Shown here: positions 8,721-18,904 of the stretch, piece by piece | How the letters are laid out: the number at the start of each line of letters is the position of its first letter | Position numbering within the stretch: position 1 is the first letter of the stretch | Origin: Clostridia bacterium | GTDB lineage: Bacteria > Bacillota > Clostridia > Oscillospirales > CAG-272 | Reading direction: 5' to 3' | NCBI GenBank assembly: GCA_017462485.1 | Contig: JAFTRA010000018.1 | Coordinates: 13,667-77,666, forward strand | DNA length: 64,000 nucleotides | Position numbers and translations under genes: made by a program | The notes under the pieces: model-generated | Told to the model about the DNA's origin: nothing | What the model saw: the letters and a program-made list of their open reading frames with translations, nothing else | Database searches by the model: none

Positions 8721-11129
8721 ATGAAAAAAGGGAAGCGCATTTTTATCATAACGTTATGCGTATTTTTAATTACCGTATCTATGCTGTTTTTATTTGCGAC
8801 GATATATGTAACGGCTTTTTCGCGGGAAAACGTAGACGTAGAAAATGATGAAAGGCTTTTTTCACTAGCGCACGGAAGCACACTTACCGAGTATTACGTA
8901 GATGATGACTCGTTTTTTTCTTCGGTCAGCGACTATGAGCCTGTTCTGAAAGAAAGAATTTCACTTGGCGGAAATAAAAAGCTTTGGGTTTCGCTTTCCG
9001 ACGTAGATAAAAGCCTTATAGACGGATTTATTGCGGCAGAGGACAGAAAATTCTACTCCCACTCGGGCTTTGATATAAAAAGAACGCTGTATGCTCTTTC
9101 GAATACTGTTTTTCATTTCAAAAAAACGTTTGGGGCTTCAACTATAACGCAGCAGGTAGTAAAGAATATTAGCGGAGATAATGAAATAACGCTGAAAAGA
9201 AAGCTCGCGGAGATAATAAGAGCGTATAACATAGAGAAAAATCATACAAAAGATGAAATTCTTGAGCTTTATATCAATATCGTTCCGATGGGGGAGAATT
9301 TATACGGTGTCGCATCTGCTGCTGAAGCTTATTTCGGTAAAGCTCCGTGGGAGCTCTCGGCAGCCGAATCGGCGACTCTTGTCGGAATAACCAATGCGCC
9401 GACAAGATATAATCCTCACGTAAATTACGAGGAATGCTTAAAAAAGCGCAACGATGTGCTTTACGCTATGCTTGATTTTGGAGTCCTTGATGAGTCGGAT
9501 TACCGTGCAGCTCTTGATGAAGAGCTTTCGGTTTTGCCAATAAAAACGACCGAAAAAAGCGAAAAATCATGGTTTGTTGAAACCGTAAACAGAGACGTTA
9601 CCGAAGCATTGATGAATAAATATGGCTTAACAGAATCGGGCGCAGAGGCTCTTTTGTATAACGGAGGCTTGAAAATATATACCACGGAAAATACAGAGGT
9701 GCAGGACAAGCTCGAGGCATATTTTGAAAATAAGGCAAATTTTCCGAAGCAAGTAAACGACGGACTTGATTTTTCAATGGTAATATGCGATTCTTCCACC
9801 GGTAATCTTTTAGGAATAGTAGGTGCTGTTGGGGAAAAAAGGGCGGATAGAATATTAAATTTAGCAGAGTCACCTATAACTCCGGGCTCTTCGCTTAAGC
9901 CTCTTGCGCTTTACGCGCCGCTTATAAGCTCCGGGAGAATAAACTGGGCTACTGTTTTTGACGACGTTCCTTCGGAGTTTAAGAAAAACGGAGACGTTTA
10001 CGTTCCTTATCCGCAAAATTATCCAAAAAGATACGATGGCTTAACAACCGTAAAGGATGCATTGAGACTCTCTAAAAATACAGTAGCTATAAGGCTATAC
10101 AATATGCTTGGAGCCGAGAATATATACGGAAGCTTAAAGCGTGATTTTGGTTTTGATACTCTGGTAAGAAAATATTATAACGAAAAGGGGAATACGTTCA
10201 CCGATTTAGCCCCCGCGCCTCTTGCGCTAGGTCAGCTCACGTACGGTGTGAGTCTGCGTAAGCTTACCGAGGCTTATACGGTTTTCCCGTCATACGGAAA
10301 ATTCTATGGCGGAAGAAGCTTTATTGCGGTATATGATGCGAAGGGAAATTTGCTGATTGAAAATTCTCCTAAAGCCAAAGATGTATATTCATCCGATTCT
10401 GCAAAAATAATGAACAAGCTGCTTTCAAACGTTACAGAAAGCGGTACCGCCTCAAAAATAACCTTAAAAAACAGTATAGACACCGCAGGAAAAACAGGAA
10501 CGTCGGGAGACGATAAGGATAGGTTGTTTATAGGATATACACCCTATTATACGGCAGGTATATGGTGCGGTTACCGAGATTCGGATAAAGCGATAAACAA
10601 CCTTTCGGTATCACATATAAAAATATGGGACGACGTTATGACGGACATCCACAGTGAAATTCTGAACGGCGGTAAATCCTCAGTCAGAAAATTCAGAACC
10701 GATGGACTTGTCGTGAAAGAATATTGCAAGGATTCGGGAAGAATGTTTTCCGAATGTTGCGAAAAAGACCCAAGGGGAAATCGTTCGGAAATAGGATATT
10801 TTATAAAAGGAAACGAGCCGAGGGGTACTTGCAACAGGCACGTAGTATGCTTATACGATACGCTCACAGAGGGAATGGCAACAGAGTACTGTCCCGAGGA
10901 ATGCATAGAAGAAATTTCGCTTTTGCGCATAACGGACAGGCATTTTCCAAGAGAAATAATAATAAGCGATGCCGATTACGTTTATAAAGAAACAGACGGA
11001 ACTTTGCCTATGGCAGATAGCTACGAGCTTCCTTATTTTTATAACTATATACCGGAGGATGATTACGTAGGCAGAGGCAGAAACAAAAAGCAGTTTAATT
11101 CTTCTTGCTATATTCACAGTGGAGAGTAA
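8721..11129 (+). CDS. class A (PBP1A-family) penicillin-binding protein: transglycosylase plus transpeptidase, with a Cys-rich C-terminal extension
   Basis: ATG 8721 follows a GGAGG SD and precedes an N-terminal TM segment. The GT51 motif AAEDRKFYSHSGFD is present. Transpeptidase motifs SSLK (SxxK), SKN and KTGT are present. Confidence 0.9.
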   Translation: MKKGKRIFIITLCVFLITVSMLFLFATIYVTAFSRENVDVENDERLFSLAHGSTLTEYYVDDDSFFSSVSDYEPVLKERISLGGNKKLWVSLSDVDKSLIDGFIAAEDRKFYSHSGFDIKRTLYALSNTVFHFKKTFGASTITQQVVKNISGDNEITLKRKLAEIIRAYNIEKNHTKDEILELYINIVPMGENLYGVASAAEAYFGKAPWELSAAESATLVGITNAPTRYNPHVNYEECLKKRNDVLYAMLDFGVLDESDYRAALDEELSVLPIKTTEKSEKSWFVETVNRDVTEALMNKYGLTESGAEALLYNGGLKIYTTENTEVQDKLEAYFENKANFPKQVNDGLDFSMVICDSSTGNLLGIVGAVGEKRADRILNLAESPITPGSSLKPLALYAPLISSGRINWATVFDDVPSEFKKNGDVYVPYPQNYPKRYDGLTTVKDALRLSKNTVAIRLYNMLGAENIYGSLKRDFGFDTLVRKYYNEKGNTFTDLAPAPLALGQLTYGVSLRKLTEAYTVFPSYGKFYGGRSFIAVYDAKGNLLIENSPKAKDVYSSDSAKIMNKLLSNVTESGTASKITLKNSIDTAGKTGTSGDDKDRLFIGYTPYYTAGIWCGYRDSDKAINNLSVSHIKIWDDVMTDIHSEILNGGKSSVRKFRTDGLVVKEYCKDSGRMFSECCEKDPRGNRSEIGYFIKGNEPRGTCNRHVVCLYDTLTEGMATEYCPEECIEEISLLRITDRHFPREIIISDADYVYKETDGTLPMADSYELPYFYNYIPEDDYVGRGRNKKQFNSSCYIHSGE

Positions 11130-11312
11130 TTATAATTGACTTGCCAAATTTTAAGTCCATCTTGACGACAAAATTGCCTTTACTTTAAAAGTATTTTATG
11201 CTATAATATTTTTATTAACGACTGCTTTGTAAGAGCGATAAATACCGAAAACGCTGAAAATTCAGACTTTTTGCGTGTTAGGATTGTTTTCTCTTTCATA
11301 CGGAGGCTAACA

Positions 11313-11825
11313 ATGGATTGTGAAATAGTGTATTCCAAAAGAAGAACGGTAAGCTTAAAGGTAAAGGACGGCAGAGTTATAGTAAGAGCGCCCTTGAAAA
11401 TGAAAAAAGCCGATATTGTCAAAATTCTCGAAAAGCATAGAGATTGGATAGAAAAAGCCGTGGCTCGAGAAAAAGCTTCACGGGAAAAATTTGAGGATTT
11501 AACCGAAATTCAGATTAAGCTCATTAAAAAGCAAGCGAGGGCATATCTTACCGAAAAATGCGAATACTACTCAAAAATAATGGGACTTAAGTATAATAAA
11601 ATTTCAATCACATCCGCAAAGACCCGCTTTGGCTCATGCTCATCAAAGAAGAATATAAGCTTTTCTTACAGAATTATGCTTTATCCCGAGTGCGCAAGGG
11701 AATACGTAGTCGTTCACGAGCTTGCGCATCTGAAAGAGATGAATCACTCTGCGGCGTTTTACGGAATAATCGAAAAATATATGCCCGATTATAAAGAGAG
11801 AAGAAAGCTGTTGAAAACAAAATAA
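11313..11825 (+). CDS. M48/YgjP-like (DUF45) metal-dependent hydrolase
   Basis: ATG 11313 follows a CGGAGG SD. The HExxH motif HELAHLKEMNHS sits near the C-terminus, as in the YgjP family. Confidence 0.8.
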   Translation: MDCEIVYSKRRTVSLKVKDGRVIVRAPLKMKKADIVKILEKHRDWIEKAVAREKASREKFEDLTEIQIKLIKKQARAYLTEKCEYYSKIMGLKYNKISITSAKTRFGSCSSKKNISFSYRIMLYPECAREYVVVHELAHLKEMNHSAAFYGIIEKYMPDYKERRKLLKTK

Positions 11826-11831
11826 AAATAG

Positions 11832-11873
11832 AAGATGCTGTCTCAAATGCGGGTTTGAGGCAGCATCTTTTTT
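11832..11873 (+). terminator. intrinsic terminator after the M48 hydrolase gene
   Basis: A stem of about 15 bp pairs AGATGCTGTCTCAAA with TTTGAGGCAGCATCT (one G-U) around the loop TGCGGG, followed by a T-run. Confidence 0.8.
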
Positions 11874-11926
11874 GGATAGTCGAATGTGATACCCTTAAAT
11901 ATTAAAGTAAGGTTTACTTTCTAGAG

Positions 11927-12397
11927 TTAGAATTCAAGGGTGTGAGAGACAAGCTCATCTCCCCGATAGACGAACTTAAGAGAGAAAAATCTGCGTTCCT
12001 CGTCGAGAAGCTTTAAAAATATTTTATCTCCCTCCCAAATGGGAAGACTTGGAACGTCGCTCTTTTTCACCCAAGCTGGAACACCCTCTTCACAGTTTTC
12101 AGGGAGAGTTCCTGAAAAATCGGTCGAGTGAAACAGGTGCATATATTCGGTTCCGTATAAGTCCGAAACAAAAGTTATAAATCCGGCATAACGTAGGGAA
12201 TTGAGCGTCAGCCCTACCTCTTCCATAACCTCACGGCGTACGCATTCAAACGGAGTTTCAGCCTCTTCAAGCTTTCCGCCGATGCCTATCCATTTATCGT
12301 GATTTTCATCGTTTACCTTTTTAATTCTGTGGAGCATAAGATACGCTTCGTCTTTTTCTATATAGCAAACAGTAGTGTGCTTCATATATACCGCCAT
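11927..12397 (-). CDS. NUDIX hydrolase (MutT/8-oxo-dGTPase-like)
   Basis: Nudix box GGKLEEAETPFECVRREVMEEVGL is present. The start is uncertain: ATG 12397 or ATG 12385, neither with a clear SD. Confidence 0.8.
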   Translation of the reverse strand: MAVYMKHTTVCYIEKDEAYLMLHRIKKVNDENHDKWIGIGGKLEEAETPFECVRREVMEEVGLTLNSLRYAGFITFVSDLYGTEYMHLFHSTDFSGTLPENCEEGVPAWVKKSDVPSLPIWEGDKIFLKLLDEERRFFSLKFVYRGDELVSHTLEF

Positions 12398-12483
12398 AAA
12401 TTATATTTTTACTTTAAAATCACAAATATTTTACCATATTTTTGTTTTATTTACAATATTTTTATTAAAATATATGAAAGCTA

Positions 12484-12511
12484 TTGCAATTATTTTTCAA
12501 AGTGCTATACT
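12484..12511 (+). promoter_or_regulatory. sigma-A-type promoter for the marR-ABC exporter operon
   Basis: TTGCAA (12484-12489), 16-nt spacer ending in TGC (extended -10), TATACT (12506-12511). Confidence 0.5.
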
Positions 12512-12520
12512 AATTAAGTA

Positions 12521-12533
12521 GTTAATAATTAAC
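12521..12533. promoter_or_regulatory. perfect palindrome GTTAAT-A-ATTAAC, candidate MarR operator
   Basis: The 13-bp perfect inverted repeat is the core of a roughly 27-bp imperfect palindrome. It lies just downstream of the -10 and upstream of the marR start. Confidence 0.45.
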
Positions 12534-12555
12534 ATATTAAGTGAAGGATGACAGT

Positions 12556-13008
12556 ATGATAGACAAAAGAAACCACGAAATTATTTACAAAATGATTATA
12601 GCGAGCAGAACGCATAAAAAGGCAATCGAAACGGTAATTGATGATATCGGTATTCATAGAGGGCGTCACCAGGTGCTTATGAATCTTGCGAGAAGAGATA
12701 AATTCAACTCTCAAAAGGAAATAGCGGAGCATATAGGTATTACGCAGGCCGCTATGACGGTATCCTTGTCGAAGCTTGAGCGAGACGGACTTATAAGCAG
12801 AACTGTCGGTGAGGATAGTAGATACAATGAAATTTCAATAACCGAAAAGGGCAGAGAAATAGTAGAGCATTCAAGAGAGCATTTTATGAACGTTGACTGC
12901 GCGACCTTTAACGGTATCAGCGAAGAGGAGCTTGAAAGCTTTTCGAAATGTCTTGATAAGATTCAAAATAATCTCAATGAGTTTTTAGAGAGCGAGGGTA
13001 AAAAATGA
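12556..13008 (+). CDS. MarR family transcriptional regulator
   Basis: About 150 aa with a winged-HTH region (QKEIAEHIGITQAAMTVSLSKLERDGLISR). The stop overlaps the downstream ABC gene (ATGA). An alternative GTG start exists at 12541. Confidence 0.85.
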   Translation: MIDKRNHEIIYKMIIASRTHKKAIETVIDDIGIHRGRHQVLMNLARRDKFNSQKEIAEHIGITQAAMTVSLSKLERDGLISRTVGEDSRYNEISITEKGREIVEHSREHFMNVDCATFNGISEEELESFSKCLDKIQNNLNEFLESEGKK

Positions 13009-14738
13009 AAAGATGGTATAAATACATAAAGCCGTACCTGCCTTACTTTATAATAGGACCGCTTTGTATGATTGTTGAGGTCATAGGCGAGGTTCTTATG
13101 CCGAGACTTCTTGCGATAGTTATAAATAACGGCGCAGACGGTGTAGGTGTCGGTATCGGAACGGGTCTTCTTATGATATTATGCGCCTTTCTTATGATGG
13201 CGGGCGGTGTTGGCGGAGCGTATTTTGGAGCTAAAGCGTCTGTAAACTTTGCTACCGACTTGAGATGTGACGCTTATAAATCCATTCAGAAATTTTCATT
13301 TTCAAATATTGATAAATTTTCAACGGGTTCGCTGGTAACGAGACTTACGAACGACGTAACCCAGCTTCAGAATTTCGTAAATATGATTTTGAGAATGGCT
13401 TTGCGCTCACCCGGAATTATAATCGGAGCTTTGATAATGGCGATATCAATAAATCCGCCGCTTTCGGTAGTCCTGGTGGTTACCGTGCCTCTTATGGTAT
13501 TCAGTATCATAGGACTCATAGTATCCGCTTTACCAAGATTCTCTAAAATGCAGGTAAAAATCGATAACCTTAACTCTACGGTGCAGGAAAACGTAACTAA
13601 TGTAAGAGTTGTAAAATCCTTCGTAAGAGAAGAGCGTGAGATTGAGAAGTTCGCTACGGCAAACGCGGATCTTAAATCGGCATCAATGAGAGCTACCAAG
13701 CTTATGATAATGCTCGCTCCTATTATGAACCTGTTTATGTATGCCACAATTATAATTGTCGTCTGGTCCGGTCATGCCGACGTTCTTCGTGGTGTAATGG
13801 ATATAGGAGACCTCAGCGCGTTTATCGCCTACGTCAATCAGATACTTCACTCTCTTATGATGGTGTCATTCCTGTTTACGAGTGCGTCAAGAGCTATGGC
13901 TTCCGCCAGACGTATATCAGAGGTTCTTGACGAAAAAATTGATATAAGCGATTTTGAGGCTAAAAATCCCGAAAAGCAAATCGAGAGTGGAAAAATAGAA
14001 TTCCGTAACGTTAAATTCAAGTATTATAAAAATAGCGACGAGCAGGTTCTTGACGATATAAGCTTTACGATAGAGCCGGGCAAAACCGTGGGAATCATAG
14101 GCTCTACCGGCTGCGGAAAAACAACTCTCGTCTCTATGATACCAAGACTTTATGACGTGGATGAGGGAAGCGTTTTGGTTGACGGAGTTGACGTCAAAAA
14201 CTATTCTCTTAAGAATCTGCGTGAGGGAATCGGAATGGTGCTGCAAAAGAATCTTTTATTCTCGGGTACTATTTCTGAAAACTTGAAGTGGGGAGATAAG
14301 GACGCTACCGACGAGGATATAATAGTAGCCTCAAAGCACGCTGCCGCTGATAAGTTTATAACCTCATTCAAGGACGGATACGATACACTTCTCGAAAAGG
14401 GCGGAAATAACGTTTCGGGCGGCCAGAAGCAAAGACTTTGTATTGCGAGAGCTATTTTAAAGAAACCGAAAATACTTATTCTTGATGACTCTACAAGCGC
14501 CGTTGATACCGCTACCGAAAGGCAAATAAAGACTGCTCTTTATGAAGAGCTTCACGGTTGCACTAAAATAATTATAGCGCAAAGAATTTCTTCCGTAAGG
14601 GACGCCGATATGATAATAGTTATGGACGACGGGCGCATAACGGGTATAGGCACTCACGAGCAGTTGCTCAATAATAACAAAGAATACGATGAAATTTATT
14701 ATTCCCAGAATGAAAAAGAGCAAAGGGAGGTGATTTAA
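13005..14738 (+). CDS. ABC exporter, fused permease/ATPase subunit (heterodimeric multidrug-type)
   Basis: 577 aa with a six-TM N-terminal half. Walker A GSTGCGKTT, signature VSGGQKQRLCIARA and Walker B LILDDSTSAVD are present. Confidence 0.9.
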   Translation: MKRWYKYIKPYLPYFIIGPLCMIVEVIGEVLMPRLLAIVINNGADGVGVGIGTGLLMILCAFLMMAGGVGGAYFGAKASVNFATDLRCDAYKSIQKFSFSNIDKFSTGSLVTRLTNDVTQLQNFVNMILRMALRSPGIIIGALIMAISINPPLSVVLVVTVPLMVFSIIGLIVSALPRFSKMQVKIDNLNSTVQENVTNVRVVKSFVREEREIEKFATANADLKSASMRATKLMIMLAPIMNLFMYATIIIVVWSGHADVLRGVMDIGDLSAFIAYVNQILHSLMMVSFLFTSASRAMASARRISEVLDEKIDISDFEAKNPEKQIESGKIEFRNVKFKYYKNSDEQVLDDISFTIEPGKTVGIIGSTGCGKTTLVSMIPRLYDVDEGSVLVDGVDVKNYSLKNLREGIGMVLQKNLLFSGTISENLKWGDKDATDEDIIVASKHAAADKFITSFKDGYDTLLEKGGNNVSGGQKQRLCIARAILKKPKILILDDSTSAVDTATERQIKTALYEELHGCTKIIIAQRISSVRDADMIIVMDDGRITGIGTHEQLLNNNKEYDEIYYSQNEKEQREVI

Positions 14739-16712
14739 ATGGCAAGAAGTCTTGAAGAGCTTCGCAAAAGATATAACAGCAGCGAACGCACAAAAACGAG
14801 CAGGGCCATGCCTATGGCTCAAGGACCTAGAGGACCTCGCAGAGACCCAAGCATGCGCGGAAAGCCTAAGCAGATGAAAAAGACCGTAAAAAGACTTCTT
14901 TCATACGTAGGAAAGCATAAATTTAAGCTTGCTTTGGTTTTCGTATGTATGATGTTTACAGCGGTTACGTCACTCGTAGGCTCTTATATGATTGCTCCTA
15001 TAATAGATAGGATTACGATTGAACTTCTCCCGAACGCAAATATCGAAATGAGCTCTGCCGAAATGGCGGTAGATAAAATCATCGTTGCTATCACGGAGAC
15101 AGAGTTTATAAAAAACGCTATCGGAAATAAATTTGCAGCGGTAAGCTTTTACGTCTTGATAGCGGTGGCCATTCTTGCGTCAATATACGTGATTTCTATA
15201 ATTTGCTCTTATATTGAGGCGAGGCTTATGCTGTCGGTTTCTCAAAATTCAGTAGAGAATATACGTAACGATTTGTTTGTTGGCTTGCAGAAATTGCCTC
15301 TTAAATACTTTGATTCCAATCCTACGGGTGAGGTAATGAGCCGATTTACAAACGATATAGATAATATCGACGTAATGCTCAACAACTCCTTGACCTCGGT
15401 AGTGTCGGGAGTAGTTACAATACTCGGAACGTTTGTGTTTATGGTTACTACTAATATATGGTTGACACTCGTGACGGTTTTGTTTATTCCTGTATTCATA
15501 AAGGGAGGAGCATTGATAGGAAAGCTTTCCTCAAAGCATTACGTTGCCCAGCAGGCAGCAATAGGAGCCGTTAACGGATACATTGAGGAAACGGTCAGCG
15601 GTCAGAAGGTTATAAAGGTGTTCAATCACGAGGAGGTTTGCGAGGAAGAATTTCTTTCTCTCAACGAGGACCTTCGCGGCAAGCAATTTAACGCTCAATT
15701 CTGGGGCGGCGTTATGGGCCCCATTATGGGAAATATAGGTCAGGTGAGCTACGGAATAACCGTTGGACTCGGAGGTGTTCTTATGTTCACTTCGGGGCTT
15801 ACTCCCGGAGCGCTTACGGTCTTTGCCGGCTATGCAAGAAATTTCTCGATGCCCATAAACCGTATATCTAATCAGATGTCGTCTATTTTTGCGGCACTGG
15901 CGGGAGCTGAAAGAGTCTTTGCGGTTATGGATGCCGAGCCTGAAGCTTTAGATTTACCCGAGGCCGTCGAAGATGAAATAATCGGTGACGTTGTATTCAA
16001 CGACGTTTCATTCGGTTACGTTCCCGAAAAAACTGTTCTTAAAAATATATCTCTCTATGCTCATCCCGGTCAGAAAATAGCGTTCGTAGGCTCAACGGGA
16101 GCGGGAAAAACCACTATAACAAATCTTATAAACCGTTTCTACGACATAGATTCGGGAGAAATAACAATAGACGGAAAGTCTATTAAAAGCTATAAACGCG
16201 AGCATTTGAGAAAAAACGTAGCTATGGTTCTCCAAGATACGCACTTGTTTACCGGAACGGTAAGAGAAAATATAAGATACGGAAGACTTGACGCTACCGA
16301 TGAAGAGGTTATTGCCGCTGCTAAAACCGCCAGCGCTCATAGCTTTATAATGCGTCTTGAAAACGGCTATGATACCGTACTTGAGGGCGACGGAGCAAAT
16401 CTTTCACAAGGTCAGCGCCAACTGCTTAATATCGCCAGAGCCTCTCTTTCAAAAGCGCCTATATTGGTTCTTGACGAGGCCACCTCCTCGGTTGATACAA
16501 GAACAGAGCGCCATATCGAGAGAGGAATGGATAGGCTTATGCAAAACAGAACGACCTTTATAATAGCTCATAGACTTTCAACAGTAAGAAACGCAAATGC
16601 TATTATGGTTCTTGAAAAAGGTGAGATAATCGAGCGAGGAACTCACGACGACCTATTAAAAATGAAAGGCAGATATTACGAGCTTTACACCGGAGTCAAG
16701 GAGCTTTCCTAA
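14739..16712 (+). CDS. ABC exporter, fused permease/ATPase subunit (partner of the preceding gene)
   Basis: 657 aa with a basic Pro/Gly-rich N-terminal tail. Motifs GSTGAGKTT, LSQGQRQLLNIARA and LVLDEATSSVD are present. It starts directly after the preceding stop. Confidence 0.9.
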   Translation: MARSLEELRKRYNSSERTKTSRAMPMAQGPRGPRRDPSMRGKPKQMKKTVKRLLSYVGKHKFKLALVFVCMMFTAVTSLVGSYMIAPIIDRITIELLPNANIEMSSAEMAVDKIIVAITETEFIKNAIGNKFAAVSFYVLIAVAILASIYVISIICSYIEARLMLSVSQNSVENIRNDLFVGLQKLPLKYFDSNPTGEVMSRFTNDIDNIDVMLNNSLTSVVSGVVTILGTFVFMVTTNIWLTLVTVLFIPVFIKGGALIGKLSSKHYVAQQAAIGAVNGYIEETVSGQKVIKVFNHEEVCEEEFLSLNEDLRGKQFNAQFWGGVMGPIMGNIGQVSYGITVGLGGVLMFTSGLTPGALTVFAGYARNFSMPINRISNQMSSIFAALAGAERVFAVMDAEPEALDLPEAVEDEIIGDVVFNDVSFGYVPEKTVLKNISLYAHPGQKIAFVGSTGAGKTTITNLINRFYDIDSGEITIDGKSIKSYKREHLRKNVAMVLQDTHLFTGTVRENIRYGRLDATDEEVIAAAKTASAHSFIMRLENGYDTVLEGDGANLSQGQRQLLNIARASLSKAPILVLDEATSSVDTRTERHIERGMDRLMQNRTTFIIAHRLSTVRNANAIMVLEKGEIIERGTHDDLLKMKGRYYELYTGVKELS

Positions 16713-16749
16713 AATTCAAATTTAATTTCTTTAAATTCGCATAGAAAAA

Positions 16750-16792
16750 CGACAGAAACACTGTTTTATGACAATGTTTCTGCCGTTTTTTT
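16750..16792. terminator. bidirectional intrinsic terminator between the ABC exporter (+) and ispH::rpsA (-)
   Basis: CGACAGAAACACTGT pairs with ACAATGTTTCTGCCG (two mismatches). An A-run lies 5' and a T7 run 3'. Confidence 0.75.
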
Positions 16793-16834
16793 ATTTGGTT
16801 CTGACAGCCCCTTTTACAAATATATCAGTTAAAA

Positions 16835-18904
16835 TTAGTCGATTGAGCCTACGATGTAGGGAGCCATAGCAGCTCTCTCTTCTGCAAGTCTTGCAGCCTC
16901 TGCTTCCTCTTCTGCTTTCTTTGCAGCGAGTTCAGCAGCGCGAGCTTCAGCAGCGGCAGCCTTTTCAGCAGCCTCGGTGATAGCGCGAATAGAGAGAGAA
17001 AGCTTGCGATTTTCATCGTCAATGTTGATAATCTTAACGTCAACAACGTCTCCGATATTAAGAACGTCGGAGGGAGCATTAATTCTCTGGGTAGAGATTG
17101 CGGAAATATGGATAAGTCCGTCAACACCCTCGCTAACCTCAGCGAATGCGCCGAAGGGAGTGAGAGAAACTATCTTTGCAGGAACGATGTCGTTAACCTC
17201 GTGAGCCTTAACGAACTGATACCAAACGTCCATTTCCTGAGTCTTGTATCCAAGAGAAATTCTTCTCTTTTCATTGTCGAGCTCCTTGATGAAAACTTCG
17301 ATTTCCTGACCTACGGAAACTACCTGGGAGGGATGCTTAATCTTCTTCCAGGAGAGCTCGGTATTGTGTACCATACCGTCAACTCCGCCGATATCAACGA
17401 ATGCACCGTATGCGGTAAGGTTCTTAACCGTACCGGTGTAGTGATTACCAACCTCGAGAGTTGCCCAGATAGCATCCTCGCGAGCCTGCTTTTCTGCATT
17501 GAGAACTACCTTGATAGAGCCGAGAGCCTTCTTCTTTGCGGTGTCAAACTCAACAAGCTTAAGCTTCTGAGTAGTACCAACGAGAGCAGAGAAGTCTGCG
17601 CCTCTGGCCAATCCGGTCTGAGAAGCGGGAACGAAAATAGAGTTGTTGAGAGCGGAAACGATAACACCGCCCTTGTTTGCGGAAACTACCTTACCCTCGA
17701 GAATCTCACCGTTGTCGTAAGCTTCTTTAACAACTATCCAGCTGTTATCAGCATCAACTCTCTTCTTGGATACCGTAGCAAGACCTGCCTTATCGTCAAC
17801 TCTGATAACGAATACGGCAACCTCATCTCCAACTTTGAACATATCGTGGAGATTAGCTGTGGGGTCATCGGTAATCTGTTCTTTGGTAAGAACGCCGGTT
17901 ACTTTTACGCCGAGGTCAAGCTTGATCTCATTGTCGTCGATAGTGCAAACTATACCGTTAACTGTATCTCCTGTATGTAAAGTTTTGAGTGTGTCTTCGA
18001 GGAGTGCCTCGAAGTTCAATTCATTGTTTTCCATAACTTTTTTTATAACCTCCGTTATTATACCGTCAGGTGTGGAAGCCCCTGCGGTTATTCCTACGCA
18101 TTTTGCGTGGTCAGGAAAATCAGCTAACAAGTCCTTCTCTGATTCTATCCATAAGGTTTTCGGGCAAGCCTGTACGCAAAGCTCGTAGAGCTTACGGGTG
18201 TTAGAGCTTTCCTTACCGCCTATGACTATCATCAGGTCGGAATTTTCTGCAATTCTTATTGCTTCATTCTGACGATTTTCAGTGACACTACATATTGTAT
18301 CAAAAAAAATTGCATTTGTACATAGTTTTTTTAAATTTTTTTTAATTTTTGCAAAAAGTTCCAAATTTTCAGTTGTTTGAGAGCATAAAATAGGGATTTT
18401 GTTAGTAAAATCAATCCCTGCAAGGTCATCCGAAGATGAAATTGCATGCTTTTCACCCGTTGCGTAGCTCATAATTCCTATCGCCTCGGGGTGAGTTTTG
18501 TTGCAAAAGAGGAGGAAACAGGTATTGTCCGACGTGTTTTCCTGTGCAATTTTGTGTATCCTCTTAACCGATGGGCAGGTCATATCAACAACGCTGAAAT
18601 TTTGGTGTTTTTGTTCGAGTAGGCTCAAAGCCTCACTCTGTTCCTTTGTGATTCCATGAGTTCTTATAACAAGCGTATGCTTTTTTTGAGGCTGAGATAG
18701 CACAAGGCTCTCGATATCCTCAAACGCAATAGCTTTTACGCCCTTTGCCTCAAGGTCAGATGTATAAAGTCTGTTGTGTATAAGCGAGCCAAGAGTATAA
18801 ATCTCTTGGTTGTCCGTTTTGTTTTCAATAAGCTTCCTGACCATTAGGTCAGCTCTTTTGACACCCGGGCAAAATCCGGCATTTTCGGAGACTGTTATAT
18901 TCAT
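16835..18904 (-). CDS. ispH: bifunctional 4-hydroxy-3-methylbut-2-enyl diphosphate reductase (IspH) / ribosomal protein S1-like fusion
   Basis: 689 aa. The N-terminal part (about 285 aa) is IspH, with the three cluster Cys in GFCPGV, MTCPSV and DTICSV. The C-terminal part has four S1 repeats (for example GTVKNLTAYGAFVDIGGVDGMVHNTELS) and an Ala/Glu-rich tail. Confidence 0.9.
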   Translation of the reverse strand: MNITVSENAGFCPGVKRADLMVRKLIENKTDNQEIYTLGSLIHNRLYTSDLEAKGVKAIAFEDIESLVLSQPQKKHTLVIRTHGITKEQSEALSLLEQKHQNFSVVDMTCPSVKRIHKIAQENTSDNTCFLLFCNKTHPEAIGIMSYATGEKHAISSSDDLAGIDFTNKIPILCSQTTENLELFAKIKKNLKKLCTNAIFFDTICSVTENRQNEAIRIAENSDLMIVIGGKESSNTRKLYELCVQACPKTLWIESEKDLLADFPDHAKCVGITAGASTPDGIITEVIKKVMENNELNFEALLEDTLKTLHTGDTVNGIVCTIDDNEIKLDLGVKVTGVLTKEQITDDPTANLHDMFKVGDEVAVFVIRVDDKAGLATVSKKRVDADNSWIVVKEAYDNGEILEGKVVSANKGGVIVSALNNSIFVPASQTGLARGADFSALVGTTQKLKLVEFDTAKKKALGSIKVVLNAEKQAREDAIWATLEVGNHYTGTVKNLTAYGAFVDIGGVDGMVHNTELSWKKIKHPSQVVSVGQEIEVFIKELDNEKRRISLGYKTQEMDVWYQFVKAHEVNDIVPAKIVSLTPFGAFAEVSEGVDGLIHISAISTQRINAPSDVLNIGDVVDVKIINIDDENRKLSLSIRAITEAAEKAAAAEARAAELAAKKAEEEAEAARLAEERAAMAPYIVGSID

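Noticed and set aside
17108-17980. Long antisense ORFs opposite well-supported genes. They include a 290-aa ORF opposite ispH::rpsA, plus 35161-35991 opposite relA, 46204-47031 opposite glgD, 58564-59346 opposite rplA/rplK, 43754-44356 opposite glgB, 39652-40251 opposite the flippase, 56622-57209 opposite glnS and 25761-26372 opposite dinB.
   Set aside because: Each lies entirely inside a gene with strong motif support on the other strand. Their products are low-complexity or compositionally odd and have no SD or promoter context. Stop-poor antisense frames are expected opposite codon-biased genes.
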